A program made the position numbers and the translations under genes. A stretch of 64,000 bases of DNA from Euglena gracilis. Taxonomy: Eukaryota. Positions within the stretch are counted from its first letter, which is position 1; every line of letters begins with the position of its first letter. The notes under the pieces are model-generated. The model worked only from the letters and a program-made list of their open reading frames with translations, was not told the origin of the DNA and ran no database searches. Below are positions 24,182 to 36,927 of the stretch, one piece after another. The stretch is taken from the NCBI GenBank assembly GCA_039621445.1, contig CP154954.1, positions 14,681,667-14,745,666 on the forward strand, in the 5' to 3' direction.

Positions 24182-24257
24182 CCAGGCGGTTTCGGATCCA
24201 GCCGGGCCTTCCTTGTCGATGCCCCCGACGCCCGGCTGGTGGGGGCAGACCGCCTGG
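24182..24257 (-). ncRNA. Type III hammerhead ribozyme (copy 4)
   Basis: Same 76-nt sequence, 894 nt from copy 3. Confidence 0.85.
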
Positions 24258-24776
24258 TGACGGGGCACTCATGCTCTGCGGGTGGGCGCGTCATGGACCC
24301 CAAAGGGTATGCCGACCCTCAGGGCCACCCACGGCTCCATCCAGGCAGGCGAGATATAGCCCCGTGGGCACCCACCTGGAGAGCGGCTCCGCGTGTTGCA
24401 TGGCCCTCGGGTGCTGCCGTCACCCGAGGAACGGCCCAGGAACTCCGGTTGCCAGGAGCGGGGACCCCGGGGGCCACTCGCCCCACTCCTTGGCGTGAAG
24501 GTGGTCACCACTCTGGGATACTCTGGTCCACGGCCGGCGCCGATTGGGGTCCTGGCACCCCGTCAGCCCGCCTCCTTCACCCCGAGATGGGCCAGCCTTC
24601 CCGGAGCTACAGCCCGCATAGAGCCACTTGCTTCGACCCCAAGCAAGGTGTGGGGAGCCCGACCTGCGACTCACCAGGAGGGTCACGGGCTTCACCCACA
24701 CGTGGCTCTTTCCTCTGTGCCGACTTGCACTGGAGGCTGTGCGGGCGGGACTTTGCGCTCGAGTCCTTGCAGGCCG

Positions 24777-24900
<124 letters not shown>

Positions 24901-25633
24901 TCTGAATGGTGTTGATGGGGGAACTCCTTTGGGGGGAACTCCTTGACGGCCCGAGAGTGTGTGCTTGTGGGGGGAAGTGTGTTGTCAGTCGGTGTGGGCG
25001 CGTGTGTTGTCAGTCTGTGTTGCGGTTTCGCCCCACGCTGGCGGGTGTGGCATCGTTAAAGGTGACGACCCTGCCAAACCTCGTCCCCGACCGCTCTTGT
25101 CTGTGTGGAACGCTAAAAACGAGCTCTCCCAGTCACCCTCCCGGTGGGGGGGGGGGCTAAAAAAATCCGAAAACAAGGCAGCATGGGACGGGAAAATGTC
25201 TCCACTACCTGTGGGGCACCCTCCGGGACAGCACCCGGGAAAGCCAGTCAAGGCCCTTTCGGCGCGGAGAAAGGCAAAAATTGCCGAAAAATACGGATGG
25301 CACCTGAAGGCCTGCGGCGCAAGTACCCAATTCTAAGCCGCTGATACTGGGGTCGCAGCACTGGGAGAGGGGGTGGCCTGAGCCGCAGTTGCTCAGCGGA
25401 ATTGCCGAGGGTTTAACCCACAAAATGGGGCGCTGGGGCGAGGCATAGGGGTGCGAAAAAGCAACCACGCCATATGCAATTATGGGGAAAATGCCGTTAA
25501 TATTTCTATTTATATATATATCTCTCTCTGCGTGTGTGTGTGCGCGCGCGTGCGGGTGTATTTTGGACCCATTTTGGGACCCATGTAGGAGGTCCCCCCC
25601 CCAAAAAAACCCCATTTTTTCACCCCTTCCAAG

Positions 25634-26595
25634 CAGGGGTTTTCTCAAGACGGAGGACACCTATCCCCTGGGGGGGTCAAGCCAGCCAGCAGCAAAAATT
25701 CGGGCTGGGAGCCCCCTCCCGGGGGGTTGAGTGAAATTAAGTCAGGTCCAGCTCCAACTCCCCAGCCCAGGGTTTGATATAAGGAGGGCGTACATGGTTT
25801 AGGTGGGGAGGGGGTCCCCCCCCCCCCCCCCCCCTCCTGGCCCGCAGGGGGGGTCCGGACCCCCCCCCACCTGCCAGGGGGGTCCGGACCGACCCCGGGA
25901 CCCCCCCCAAAAAGGGTCAATTTTTTCCTCCGGCGCTTTGCGCCGAAAATTTTTTGCATTTTTCGCACATTTTTGCCCAAAAAGTGCGCAAAATGGCACT
26001 TTTGGTCGTTTTGGGGGGTCAAAAATTTTCGGTAACCCAGACCGCGCAACTGTTTAGGTGGGGGGAGGGGTGTCCCCCCACCCCCCCCCCCCCTGACCCG
26101 CAGGGGGGGGGGGGTCCGGCCCCCCCCCACCTGCCCTTATGTCGAACCCTGCCCCAGCCTTGATCTCGCTCCATCCACCAAAATGTCGAAAATTGCAAAA
26201 AAATTTTAGAAAATTTTTGTTTTTCACCGATCCAGCCCAGCCCAGTCCCCTCCAGCCCCGGACCCTCCCCTCTCCCCCGGGCCAGCCGGCCGAAGGCCGG
26301 CCAGCCGGTCGCAGGGTGTCCAGGCAACTGGGCTGTCCAGCCCACCTTTCCCTGCATTTTTCCCCCTCATTGCAGCTTCCTCCATCACAGCCCCCAGCCT
26401 TGACCTAGCTCCATCCATCAAAATGTCGAGAAGGCGAAAATGTCTTGGAAAATTTTGTTTTTCACCGACCCAGCCCAGCCCAGCCCCCTCCAGCCCCGGA
26501 CCCTCCCCCTATACCCCCGGGGGGGTCCAGCCAGCAGCTCATTTCCAGCCGCAGGCTGGACCCCCGGGGGGGGGGGGTCTTTAAGAAAACCCCTG
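25634..26595. mobile_element. MITE (hAT-like) nested in Y
   Basis: TIR CAGGGGTTTTCT / AGAAAACCCCTG; TSD CTTCCAAG at 25626-25633 and 26596-26603. Confidence 0.92.
25768..26151. mobile_element. MITE (hAT-like) nested in the previous MITE
   Basis: TIR CAGGGTTTGATATAAGG / CCTTATGTCGAACCCTG (15/17); TSD CCCCAGCC; second copy at 43752-44152. Confidence 0.95.
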
Positions 26596-29500
26596 CTTCC
26601 AAGTTTTTAACATTTTACAAAATTTCCAAGAGAAAAGAATCTCAGTAAAGTTTTATTGTGCCAAAACTTGGTCCAATTTTCTTTGACCTTCGTTTTTTTT
26701 ACCCCCTCCTAAAAACTACCAATTTTTAGTCATCAAAATTTTGAGATTTTTTTTGTGCAAAAAATGTGGTTTTCCATCAAAAAAATTATGTATTTTGGGT
26801 TCATTTTTCAGAAAAAAGTTTTCAAGAATTTTCCCCGGCTAAAACCCCCGTTTTCCCAAAATTGGTGAAAATGCTGTTGTGGGTTGGTGGGCGGTCGACC
26901 CCCCCCCCACCTCCCGGGTGGGGGTGGTCGATCCCCCCGACCAGGCCTTCCTGTTCTGCCCTGCACCTGAGGAGGGCTGGCTGCTGGTTAGCTGGCTGGA
27001 CCCCCCCCCCCGAGAGCAAGGGCCTCTCCGGCTTAAGAAAACCCTTGCATATGGCACTGCTCGTATGGCGCTGCATTCGTTTTGTTTGACCAGTTGTAGT
27101 TGGTCCGTTTACAATTTCGGTGCCGTTCCACCCAGCAGGATGGACAGCGAAGCGGCTTGCTGCTGATAGCCAGACTCCCTATGCCATGCCTCTCGCGACT
27201 CTTTCCTTTGTTCATGACCCCTATTCTTTCGAGTGTCCTTGGTTTTATGCCAAGAAAACTCTCTAATTTCTTTACAGAGGAGTCTTGGAATCACGGTCCG
27301 CTCGTTGTTTTTCTGTTTTGCGCTTTTTTTTGTTTTTGTTTTTTTTTTTTTTTTTTTTTTGGTGGGTTATTTTTTGGATTTGGTTTTTTTTTGGATATTT
27401 CTTTTGGGTTTTTTTGTTGTTTTTTTTTTGTTCTTTTTTTTTTTTGGATTTGCCGTCTTCCAGCATCCCCCCCAACCAGCAGTTTCTTATTTTTGGCTTG
27501 CTGGACCCCCTGGGTCTGAAACAGCTGGAGAATTAGCGCCGGGTTCTGTAACGTCTTGGTGTATTTGACAAAACAATGAGAAATATGTTTGTAAAAGCGG
27601 TTTCATTGTGGCACACCCGTCCATGACCCCCACTCAAGAGAAGTTTGGCCAGCTCTTTTGCATTTCTAAGATTTTTTTTTACAGCCAGTTGCATGTTAGG
27701 GCATTTCTTCTGTATGCATATGTTGTAAATGTTATGCCGTTGTGTACGTCATTCCTTTGCAAGCTGTTTAGCATCTGCTCTTTGAAGTTTCCTTTATTTG
27801 GTCTCAAATAAAAATGAGTTTGAATTTAATGTCTTCAATGTATAATTTTTCGGTTCGCTAGGAGACCAATTTGCAAAAAAAATTTCATATTGATCCCAGG
27901 GACTGCGCCAACGGACCTCGTGCCATATGCTGACGACACATCCCAGCATCTTCCTCTCGGCCTGAGGATGGTACGCAAAGTAAAAACCCTTGTTTTGTCA
28001 GAAAGCTTTTGTCACCAAAGACATAACGTATCATTTAATAATACGTAATCAAAAGAGATTGGGCTATGGATAATTTGAGGTTGTACATATACACCTACAT
28101 ATACACCGGGGTCTGTCTCGGTCTTGGGTGACGCAACTCGCAGATAAGGAATTTCCTTTTGTCGGTTCGAATGCTCGCAACATTTTTTTCCACAAAAGTC
28201 GGACCCCGCATCTGGGAAAAGCTGAAAAACTGCTTGTTTCGCGCCTCACGAACCCGTAGCAATTGCAAAAATTGGCGCACTCACTAGCCTTAGTGGGGGG
28301 GGGGGGGGGGGGGCGTAAACCGAAAAACATTTTCCTTGTTCCTGTGGGTATTTTCGGAATCGCTGTGAAATGTTCTTTCTGTATTTGGGTCATTTGTGGG
28401 GTCAAAAAAAGCGGCAAAAAATTCTTGGCAGCCCCCTGGCACGTTGTCCTCTACGACCGGGTCGTCAGAGTTGGGGGGGCAGACATGCTTCTGGTCCATG
28501 GAAAACTAGCATCATCACAAATGTAATCACAAGAGCAACAAAGGCTGGTAATTTGGACACAGAGAATGTTTAATTGAAAGAACATCTGGCTTTCGTTGTT
28601 TTTTTGGAGAAACAAATCATCAACCATTGTGAATTATTACAAGCTGTTGCAAAATGAAGAAATTCCTGTCTCAGGCAGTGCATCCTGTTCGGTAGGTTAC
28701 GTCTTGTGACAGAAAGTTTGTCTCCGCTCCATGTGCAGTCTTATATGTTTTATTTCCTACCGCAAATTGTTTTCATGTTGGTTTACATAAACTGTGAAAA
28801 TGATGTAAAAACAGAAGTGTATTTTCATGCAACCGTTGTTTGTCGCACATTGCACACAAGGTTGCTGTGACATTTCATGAGGAGAACAAAAAAAAACAGG
28901 CAGGATATTTTCCACAGCTTTCAGCTGAAGGGATGTGTTGTGCGTTACACTGACTATGTGCACATTTGCGCACACCAACCATTTGTGTTTTTTGTGCAAA
29001 ATGTTCGGTGTGTGCATTGGCGCACATCGATCACCTGTGCATTTATGCCAAATGATATGTGTGTGCATTTGCACACATCGACAAATTTGTGTATTTTTTA
29101 CTTGCAAAATACACAAAATGGTCGATGTGCCCAATTTTGCACGCCAACCTTCAGTTCACAAGTAAGACCTGAAAATTTGACATACGCACATTTCGGTCCA
29201 TTAAAAGCGGATATGTATTTTTCATGCCACAACCATTAATGTATTCCAGCTGCACATCACGTCGTCCAACTCATGCGAACCCATCGGCATGAAACCTGTG
29301 TGCACCGCCTGGGCGGTGTGGCAGGGGTGTGGGGGGGTGTGGGGAGTGGTGTGGGGGGGGTTTGGGGGTGTGGGGGCTATTTGCTACCGGGGGCGCCAAT
29401 TTTTGCAGTACCTCCGTTTTGCATCACGGAGGTTTCTGATTGTCCTGCGAAATACGTGCGGAGCAGTTCATTCGTGTCCTTGTCTGTGAAACGGGCAGTT

Positions 29501-29862
29501 AGCACATACCGGCTGGTATCACCTTTGGGGTCCCCCCCACTCCCTTCCACTGACGCGCATGCGCCATTTCCCTCAAGGGTGATGGCAAAAATGGGTGAAA
29601 TTTTGTCGGAGTCCAGGGGAAGATGGGTGCTGCACCTTCCCCCCCCCCCCCCCCCGGACTCCCCCCCCCCGCTGGCCCTCACTCACCCCCTCTCCCTATT
29701 TTGAAAAAAATTCATTCTTCGATTTTTTTTCAAGAAAAACAGTCTTAAAGTATGAAAAATTTGGCTGGTTACCTGGCGCCTCCCCGGAGCGTGGGGAATG
29801 TTTGTTTGTGTGGGCTCCGGGCCTGCCATGCATTATCTTTTTTGGGGCTGTCACTCCCCTTC

Positions 29863-29964
29863 TTTGGCAGAATTTCTTGTTTTTTCGGCTTTTTTTTTTA
29901 TTTCTCGATTTTGTTCCATAAAAAAAAAAAAAAAAAAGCCGAAAAAACAAGAAATTCTGCCAAA
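29863..29964. repeat. Perfect ~37-bp inverted repeat
   Basis: TTTGGCAGAATTTCTTGTTTTTTCGGC-Tn (29863-29899) and An-GCCGAAAAAACAAGAAATTCTGCCAAA (29928-29964). Confidence 0.93.
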
Positions 29965-32900
29965 ATCCCCGGCATGCATGCAATTTGCTCGGATCTGTCG
30001 CAATCGAGCTCCCCATCGATCCAAATTCTCAAAGTTCTGGAATCGCTGGCGAAGAGATCAAATTCCATGCATGTTTTCCGTGCATGGAATTCCACGCATT
30101 CCATGCATTCCGTGCATGTGTTTGCGCACACCAACCAAAAGAAGTCTATGTGCGAGTTTCACCACCCAACCACCCAAGTCAGTAAAAATGTGTCGTCGTG
30201 GCATTTCAAGTCAGTTTGGCACCCACCCACCCACTGCTGGAAAGGGCTGTTAGGGGGGCCAATATGGCTTCAGCTTTTATATTCCAGTGATCGGCCATTC
30301 CCATGTTCTCCCTCAAATTCCCTTCCAGAAAGAATCACGGGGTTCCCACATCCCACTGAGGTGGTTCTATTTTCTGGTATTCAAATAATTCAGTAAATAA
30401 TACAAAGGAACAGAGAATCAAAGTCAGAAATGAGAAAGAGAATGGTGGGAGAAAAGAAAAGGCGATGGAAAATGAGAATGACTGGAAATAAGAAGCAACA
30501 TGCGTGAATCTGTGGCAGGAGGAACTAAAAAGAATGCGACAAAAATAGCCCACTCGGTGGCTATATATGGCTACCGAGAGTCAGGCGCCCACACCCAAGC
30601 TTCCATCAAAGGTCCCAGATGGTTCTGGGTGTGTTCCGTTGGAGCTGGCTGCTCCAGCATAGCGGGTGTGTGTTGCAAGTGTGTTACTGAGGCAGACAGA
30701 CCGGCAGGCAGACAGGCAGACAAAGAATGCGAGACACAAAGAATGAGAGGGAGGGGTATTGCCCCGGGCTTTTGGGAACCCCTGGAATCCAGCGGGTGAT
30801 GGAATGGGTGGTGGATGGGGTGGTCGACCTCCCCCCCCCCCCCACCAGCGAGCCTTCCCACATTACTGGTGGCGCCGATTTTTCGGTCAAATTTTTCTTT
30901 GTGGGCTTGGATGGGTGGCGGGTCGACCCTCTGGGGTCAACCCCCTATCAGGTCCCGCAAGGCCCTTTGGGGTCCCCTGTTGGAGGTGGAGTTTTGGCTA
31001 TTTTTGTTTTACCAAACAAAGGATGGACTTTTTCATACCCCAAAATTATCCCCAGAAATTGGGTCCCCAGACCTCTCCCCCCTGGGGGGGGAACCCCTGT
31101 ACCTGTCCCTGGCTGGGATACCGGTACCTCCCCCAGTCTTTAAAAGAAAAATTGATGCCTATACAAGGCAGAGAGGCAGACAGAGGCACAGATATTGGTT
31201 GTTATGTGCATTCATTTCAGTTTATGCTAATTTTGTTATCCTCTGACACAAATCAATCAACATCCCCGTACCTGGGGCATGTCATTTTGCAATTTCATTT
31301 TACAATGCTTGCCTGTTATGCGGTTCTGAGTTAGATGGTTCGTCCATTTTCCATCTGTGTCTGCTGCCTGTCAACGGCAAACTTTTTGTTTGCACCGTTG
31401 CTGCTGCGGAAGGTTATTTTTTTTCCATTCAGGCAACGCCGTGGAGTGCTGATGCGACTGCGTCCGAAGTCTGCTGGGTGAGAGGGAGGGAGGCAGGCCG
31501 CCCCAGGCAGGCCGCCCCATCCTGTGGCCATCAGTCCTTTTTCACAAACAGTCCAGACGCTGCAGAACGACCGGGGACACACAGCAATGTTCACTCATGT
31601 TTCCAAAGACGGGCCTTCCAGAAGAGGTGATGTCTGGATTGTGGCTTTTTTTTTATTTGAAATAAATCCAAGCGAAACCAGCGCCTATTTACACCATTTT
31701 TAGATTCATACCTCGCACGCAAAAGCACATTCATGGAACAAAGACAGAATCGATGTGCTGATTTTTAGTAAATGTTGAGTGTTGAAAGCCGGTCAAAAGT
31801 CTCCCCTGAAATAGCAAGTCCATTTTCAGTTTTCAATTTTCCAGAGGAGAGTTGAGAAGAATGGATAGCTCCGGTTTGCCACGATGTATTTGGTATATGT
31901 TCCAAGGATGAAGATAGGTGTAATGAACCTGATGGGTGCAATGGAGCAGGAGCACACCACGCTGCGGACCAGTTGCTTGGAGCCGTTTTGAACCCACCCC
32001 AAGTTATAGTAGAATCCCCTCCTCGTGATAACTGACCTTCAACCTACCCACCATTATCAGCCCACAAGACAAAGAGCCTGGCTTCTGGTTCTGTAACGTT
32101 TTATTCATATTTTTACATCAATCTCCCACATTCAATTTGGAGTGGTTGTTTCTTAGACATGAATGAGTTGCAAATAATTTTTTGCCTCCTTCTTCGAATT
32201 CTTCGAATACAAAAATTTTCAGCGGTGTGTGTCAGGGATTGGTGTTCATATTGAAACAGATAACTACGGATGATTCTGGCTGCTTTTTGGGCAATTTTAG
32301 CCTCCTTTGGCCCACTTTTTTTTTGTCACTTTTGGCGATTTCTGACTGTTTTTTGTTTTGAATTTTGTCATTTTTGGCTGTTTCTGGCCGATTCCAACCG
32401 TTTTGTGGCCATCTGCATATTTTTTTTCTTTCAATTTGCTTTAGCCTTTTGTGACTCTTTTTTTTTTTCAGGCGGCTTTGCTGCTTCTGGGCGTTCCTAG
32501 CTGCTTCTGGCCGACTTAGTCATTTTTCAGTGACATTTTCCTCGTTGTAGGCATTTCTGAGGCGATATGACGATCAATCTTTATGTTCTCATTGGTTGCA
32601 GCAATTTCTGGGTGGATGTCCTCAGCCAGTACAGGCATTGTCGCAATAACGGATAATTATGGACAATTATGGATCGCAACAAATGATGCCCCATGCTCTG
32701 ATTGTCATCCTAATTCACCACCTCTCAATAGCGATGCGAGGCTTGCAGCTGTCATTCAGTCTCCACTAAGACCCCGTGCCCTGGTTGCTATTGCCGTGCT
32801 CACGCCAGGTGTAAACACCCCATCCGCTGATGACCCATATCTCCCCACTTTGTTTGGGGTGCCTTTCGCATTCCAGGTCGGGCGTCACTTAAGCCGAAGG

Positions 32901-35559
32901 GCACCTCATCCCTGGGTTGGAGGGTCCACCAGCCAGCTGCTTTTTTCCAGCCTCGGACAGCCCCCTATCGACGAGTTTTGATTTATTTTGCAGTCCTAGA
33001 AGGAAGGCTGGATGGTAACAGATTCTTTTTTTGCTTTTGAGGGGCACATCCGGACAAAAAATAAAACACGCAAAATGCCAGAAAAAGTGCTGGCTAGCGG
33101 AATATTTGGTCGAAGAATCTTTTTTTTTTCGCAGGTATTTTTTCAGTTTCGATTTTCTTCTACGTAGTTTGACCCCAGCAGCTTTTGCCCAGCCTGCCCA
33201 AAATTTTCCATCCGCACCCCCCGGGGGGGTCCTCAGGCGACGCCCTGTTTCCAAATGTCTGTTCTTGTAAGCTTCAGCTGCTTTGCCAATGCTTAGGTCT
33301 TCTTCATGGCAGCTGTTGGAATGTGTCCAACTCTCTGATGGGGGGTGGAAGGGGCCACCAGACTCATCCCAGGGATCGAAATATGTGTGGTATATGATGT
33401 GTATGTATTCGGTCAATGTTCGATTTCCAACCAGCTTTTTTTTGATCCAATCATTTTTGGTCATTTTTAAACACTTTCCTTCGCCTTTTCTTCTGGCCAT
33501 TTTCAAGCCTTTCTGTGATGATTAAGAACTCCTGACGCCTTTTTTTTTCCCTCTGCCCAGGTTCTTGGGAGGGCAGACGACTGGTGATTGGCTGGTTTGA
33601 TATCAGATTTCTTTGGGGACGTGTTTTACTCTTGCCACCATCATGGCAATATATCTTGTGATATTTCTCAGCAGTGAAAATATGCACACATCCGGAATAA
33701 CCCCAAATTAACAAAACACGAAAAAAATTATTATGCATTTAAAATATATTGTCGGAATAAAATTCTGATCACAGAATTGTGTCAGATAATTGAAGAAACA
33801 ACTCGTTGATTTTTTTTATTCCTCTGATTTGTGTTTGCCACAGCCCGTTTTGCGGGGGTCCTGATTAGTGTTTAATATCCTTGTTCTTTTGCGCCTCGCC
33901 GATACATCGTCACGCCACAGTTTAGGGGAGGGGGGCACTCCCCGCCTCCTTAAACCACAAGGGTTAGTTGGACCACCTGCCTGGCCTAGTGTCCAACATT
34001 GGGTTGGCTGCCTTGGAAACCCCCTCAAACAGTCAGATGCACTCGCCGCTGCCGTCCCAGCGCAGGCGGTTGTCTTGTGTGAACAACCCGTTAGTTCCTG
34101 TTGTGCTGCTGTTGGCCGTTTTCTGGATGCACCCCGACCCAAGCCCCCATCGTCAGAAGCGCATTAATGGGGCACTGGACCACTCTCTGCACAAACACCC
34201 TTGCCGAAAAAAAAAACAGCTTTTCCTGATTGGCAGAATGTGGCTTCGGTGACGTGTGTGTTTCTGTGGTCGCTTCGTCAATTCACAAATCAGGTGAGTT
34301 GAGAACATTTTGAAAATGAAGATTTGCTGAAATGGATTCAAGAGGGTCGGCAGGGTTATGTGCAACGACCTCCCCTCTTCTGGTCCGATGCGATCATTCT
34401 GGATACATTGGGTCCATAAATATATGTTTTTTTGTTGTTGTTTTTTGCTAATAAAAGTACATAAATAAGCAAATAAAAATACACAGTGAAATGAAAGAAA
34501 TAAATGAAACATGGTGAAATGACCAAACATGGAAAATATTACAATAAACTGCTGAAAATTTTAATATGACTCGGAAAAAGGGCGACTCAAGATGTCAAAG
34601 TTGACGTGAATTTTTAAAAGCGGCTTGCCATTGTGCAAGCTTGCAATAAAATGACCAACAATGACTAAAAGTGGCCAGAAACGGCAAACTGGCCAAAAAT
34701 GACGCTCAGACGGTCAAAAATGGCCAAAGAAATGAAATCAGTCAAAAAAAAAAACGGACAAAAAATCCCAGGCACCTGCCCCCCCCAACCCTCTCCCTGC
34801 ATGCAAATTTGGCACCCCTGAAGCGTGCCCCCCTATTTTTTAACGTTTTTGGCTCACGTTGCAACTGGCCCGCTCGTTACCAGATTCCAAAACCAGAACC
34901 ACAGAACCAGAACACTGATTGGGACTGGTGGTCAAACTTTTCGTGCGAAACTGGACAGCTGACTCAGGAATTTCAACAGTGCAGACACAAAACTGAAAGA
35001 CGAACCAGCAAACAGCAGAAACACACTGCAGCAGCAACAAGCAGCAGTCATTCTTTGGTGCTCCCAATGATCTCCCAAGGAAGGTGTGAGAGAGAGTGTG
35101 AGAGCTGCCAACCCGCCCCTTTTCACTCAAAAACTCCCTAAAAATAAAAATAAAATGCAATTTTTGAAACAAGCCGCGAGGGGGATCGAACACACCCTGG
35201 GCAGGGTGAAAGATCCGACGCAAAGGGGTGCCAGCCACGGAAAAACGGAAATTGGGGTTCCAGGTACACCGATACAACATGGTTGCAGAGGTAGACTGCC
35301 CAATTTTGACTCCCCTCCAACGTGCGATTGCGAACAACGCCAGAGGCTGTAAAAACTGACGCTGACATGCCAGCTGCCCCAACCGCCAATACTGGGGTGG
35401 TGGAGCCAGCGGATGGCTGCTCAGCCATGTACCAACCACTGGAGACGCCAGCTGCCTTAACCACCATCGCCTCACCGACATTACAGTGCCAAAGACATGC
35501 AATGACAGCCCACTTCTAAATTTCTAAACACACAAATTTGCCCCCTGGGGTTGCCCCCC

Positions 35560-36145
35560 CAGGGCAGAACGGGAATCGGCCGAACAGCCAGGGTGGGTGC
35601 CCCCCCCCACCATCTCTTCCCGTTTTTCCGGGAGCACCAATTTTTGGACCCGAAAAAAAATTTTACCCATTTTGGGACCCATGTAGGGGGTCCCCCCAAA
35701 AACCACCCAAAACCCCATTTTTTTCACAGCTTCCAAAAATTCAACATTTTCTCAAAGTTTTGATTTTGAGAGGTTTATGAAGCAAAAAAATGCCATTGAA
35801 AGTCCAAAAAAATTCAACAAGAAAAAAAATGTCAGTAAAATTTGACTGTGCCAATATTTGGTCCACTTTTTTTTGACCTGAGTTTTTTTCAAACCCCCCC
35901 TAAAAAGTACCAATTTTTTAGCCCTGATTTTTTTTGAGATTTTTTTTCTGAAAAAAATGTGGTTTTCCATCAAAAAATCATGTGTATTAGGTTCATTTTT
36001 TAAAAAAGATTTCAAATTTTTTCTGGCCAAAATCCCCGTTTTTCCGAAATCGATGAAACTGCTGTGATGGGTGGGGGCGGTCGACCCACCCCCCACCTCC
36101 CGGGGGGGGGGGTGACCCCCCACCAGGCCTTCTCGTTCTGCCCTG
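35560..36145. mobile_element. MITE family Y, full length
   Basis: TIR CAGGGCAGAACGGGAA / TTCTCGTTCTGCCCTG (15/16); TSD not convincing. Confidence 0.8.
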
Positions 36146-36316
36146 CCTCCCCCGGTGCTGGCCTTCAATCATGGCCTGGGAGGAGAGGAAGATCACACGC
36201 GGCGATGTTTTCGCCGATCTGTGCTTTCTTCCCTCCACTTGTCTGTGGACCCCGGAATATTAACCCTTCCAAAAATGAGACCCCACAAAAAATAAGACTT
36301 ATCGTGGGCCGTTCAA

Positions 36317-36927
36317 CAGGCGGGGGGAACCGATATGTGCAATTTTCATACAATTTACGTAATCTTTTCGCAGTTTTTCCCGCAATCTTCGCAATTTTTT
36401 CCGCAACTGTTCCGTATTTTTTCATGTTCCACAATGAGTTCTGGCCATTCCCTGAACGTTCCAAAAGAGAACCAAGGTTATTTTTTTTTATTTGTTGCAA
36501 ATTTGCCAAGATTTGTCAAAGTTTATAAATTTTGACAAAATTTGGCGATTTCTGGGCATTTTTAGGCTTTCCCCAATTTCTGCTGAGAATGATGAAAAAG
36601 GTTTGACTGAAAAAATCTGCATCCTGGATTAGTTTTCACCTGAGACCAAATTTTTAGACAATTTTTTGCCGTTTTTGACTTCTTTACCAAATAAATGCCA
36701 TATTTCCAGAAGTTCCAAAAGTTGTGTTTTTGGACCTTTTTTGGTGGAAAGAGGTGAATTATGGCTCAAAATTTCCATCGATGTTGAAAACTGACCAAAT
36801 TTGAGAAACCTCCAGCAGAAGTGTGTTTATTCCCAAAACCGCAATTTGTGCATTTTTTTTGCCAATTTTTCTGCAATTCCCACAATTTTTCAGCAATTTT
36901 TCTGCAATTGGTCCACCCCCCCCCCTG
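36317..36927. mobile_element. Probable MITE with CAGG-polyG ends and (CGCAATTTTT)-like internal repeats
   Basis: CAGGCGGGGGGAACCGAT ... ATTGGTCCACCCCCCCCCCTG; resembles 47121-47596; no TSD found. Confidence 0.55.

Larger units (their letters stand above)
19361..24565. repeat. Near-identical 2.6-kb tandem duplication (19361-21963 / 21964-24565)
   Basis: Sequence from GTTTTTTCATCCAAAT (19361) restarts at 21964. The copies differ by scattered substitutions and 1-nt indels. Confidence 0.93.
25560..26963. mobile_element. MITE family Y copy, left end lost, hosting nested MITEs
   Basis: 25572-25633 and 26600-26963 align with 35668-36145; ends in GTTCTGCCCTG. Confidence 0.75.

Noticed and set aside
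32826-32870. CTGATGA as a canonical hammerhead core
   Set aside because: No downstream GAAA closing stem II and no stems I or III.
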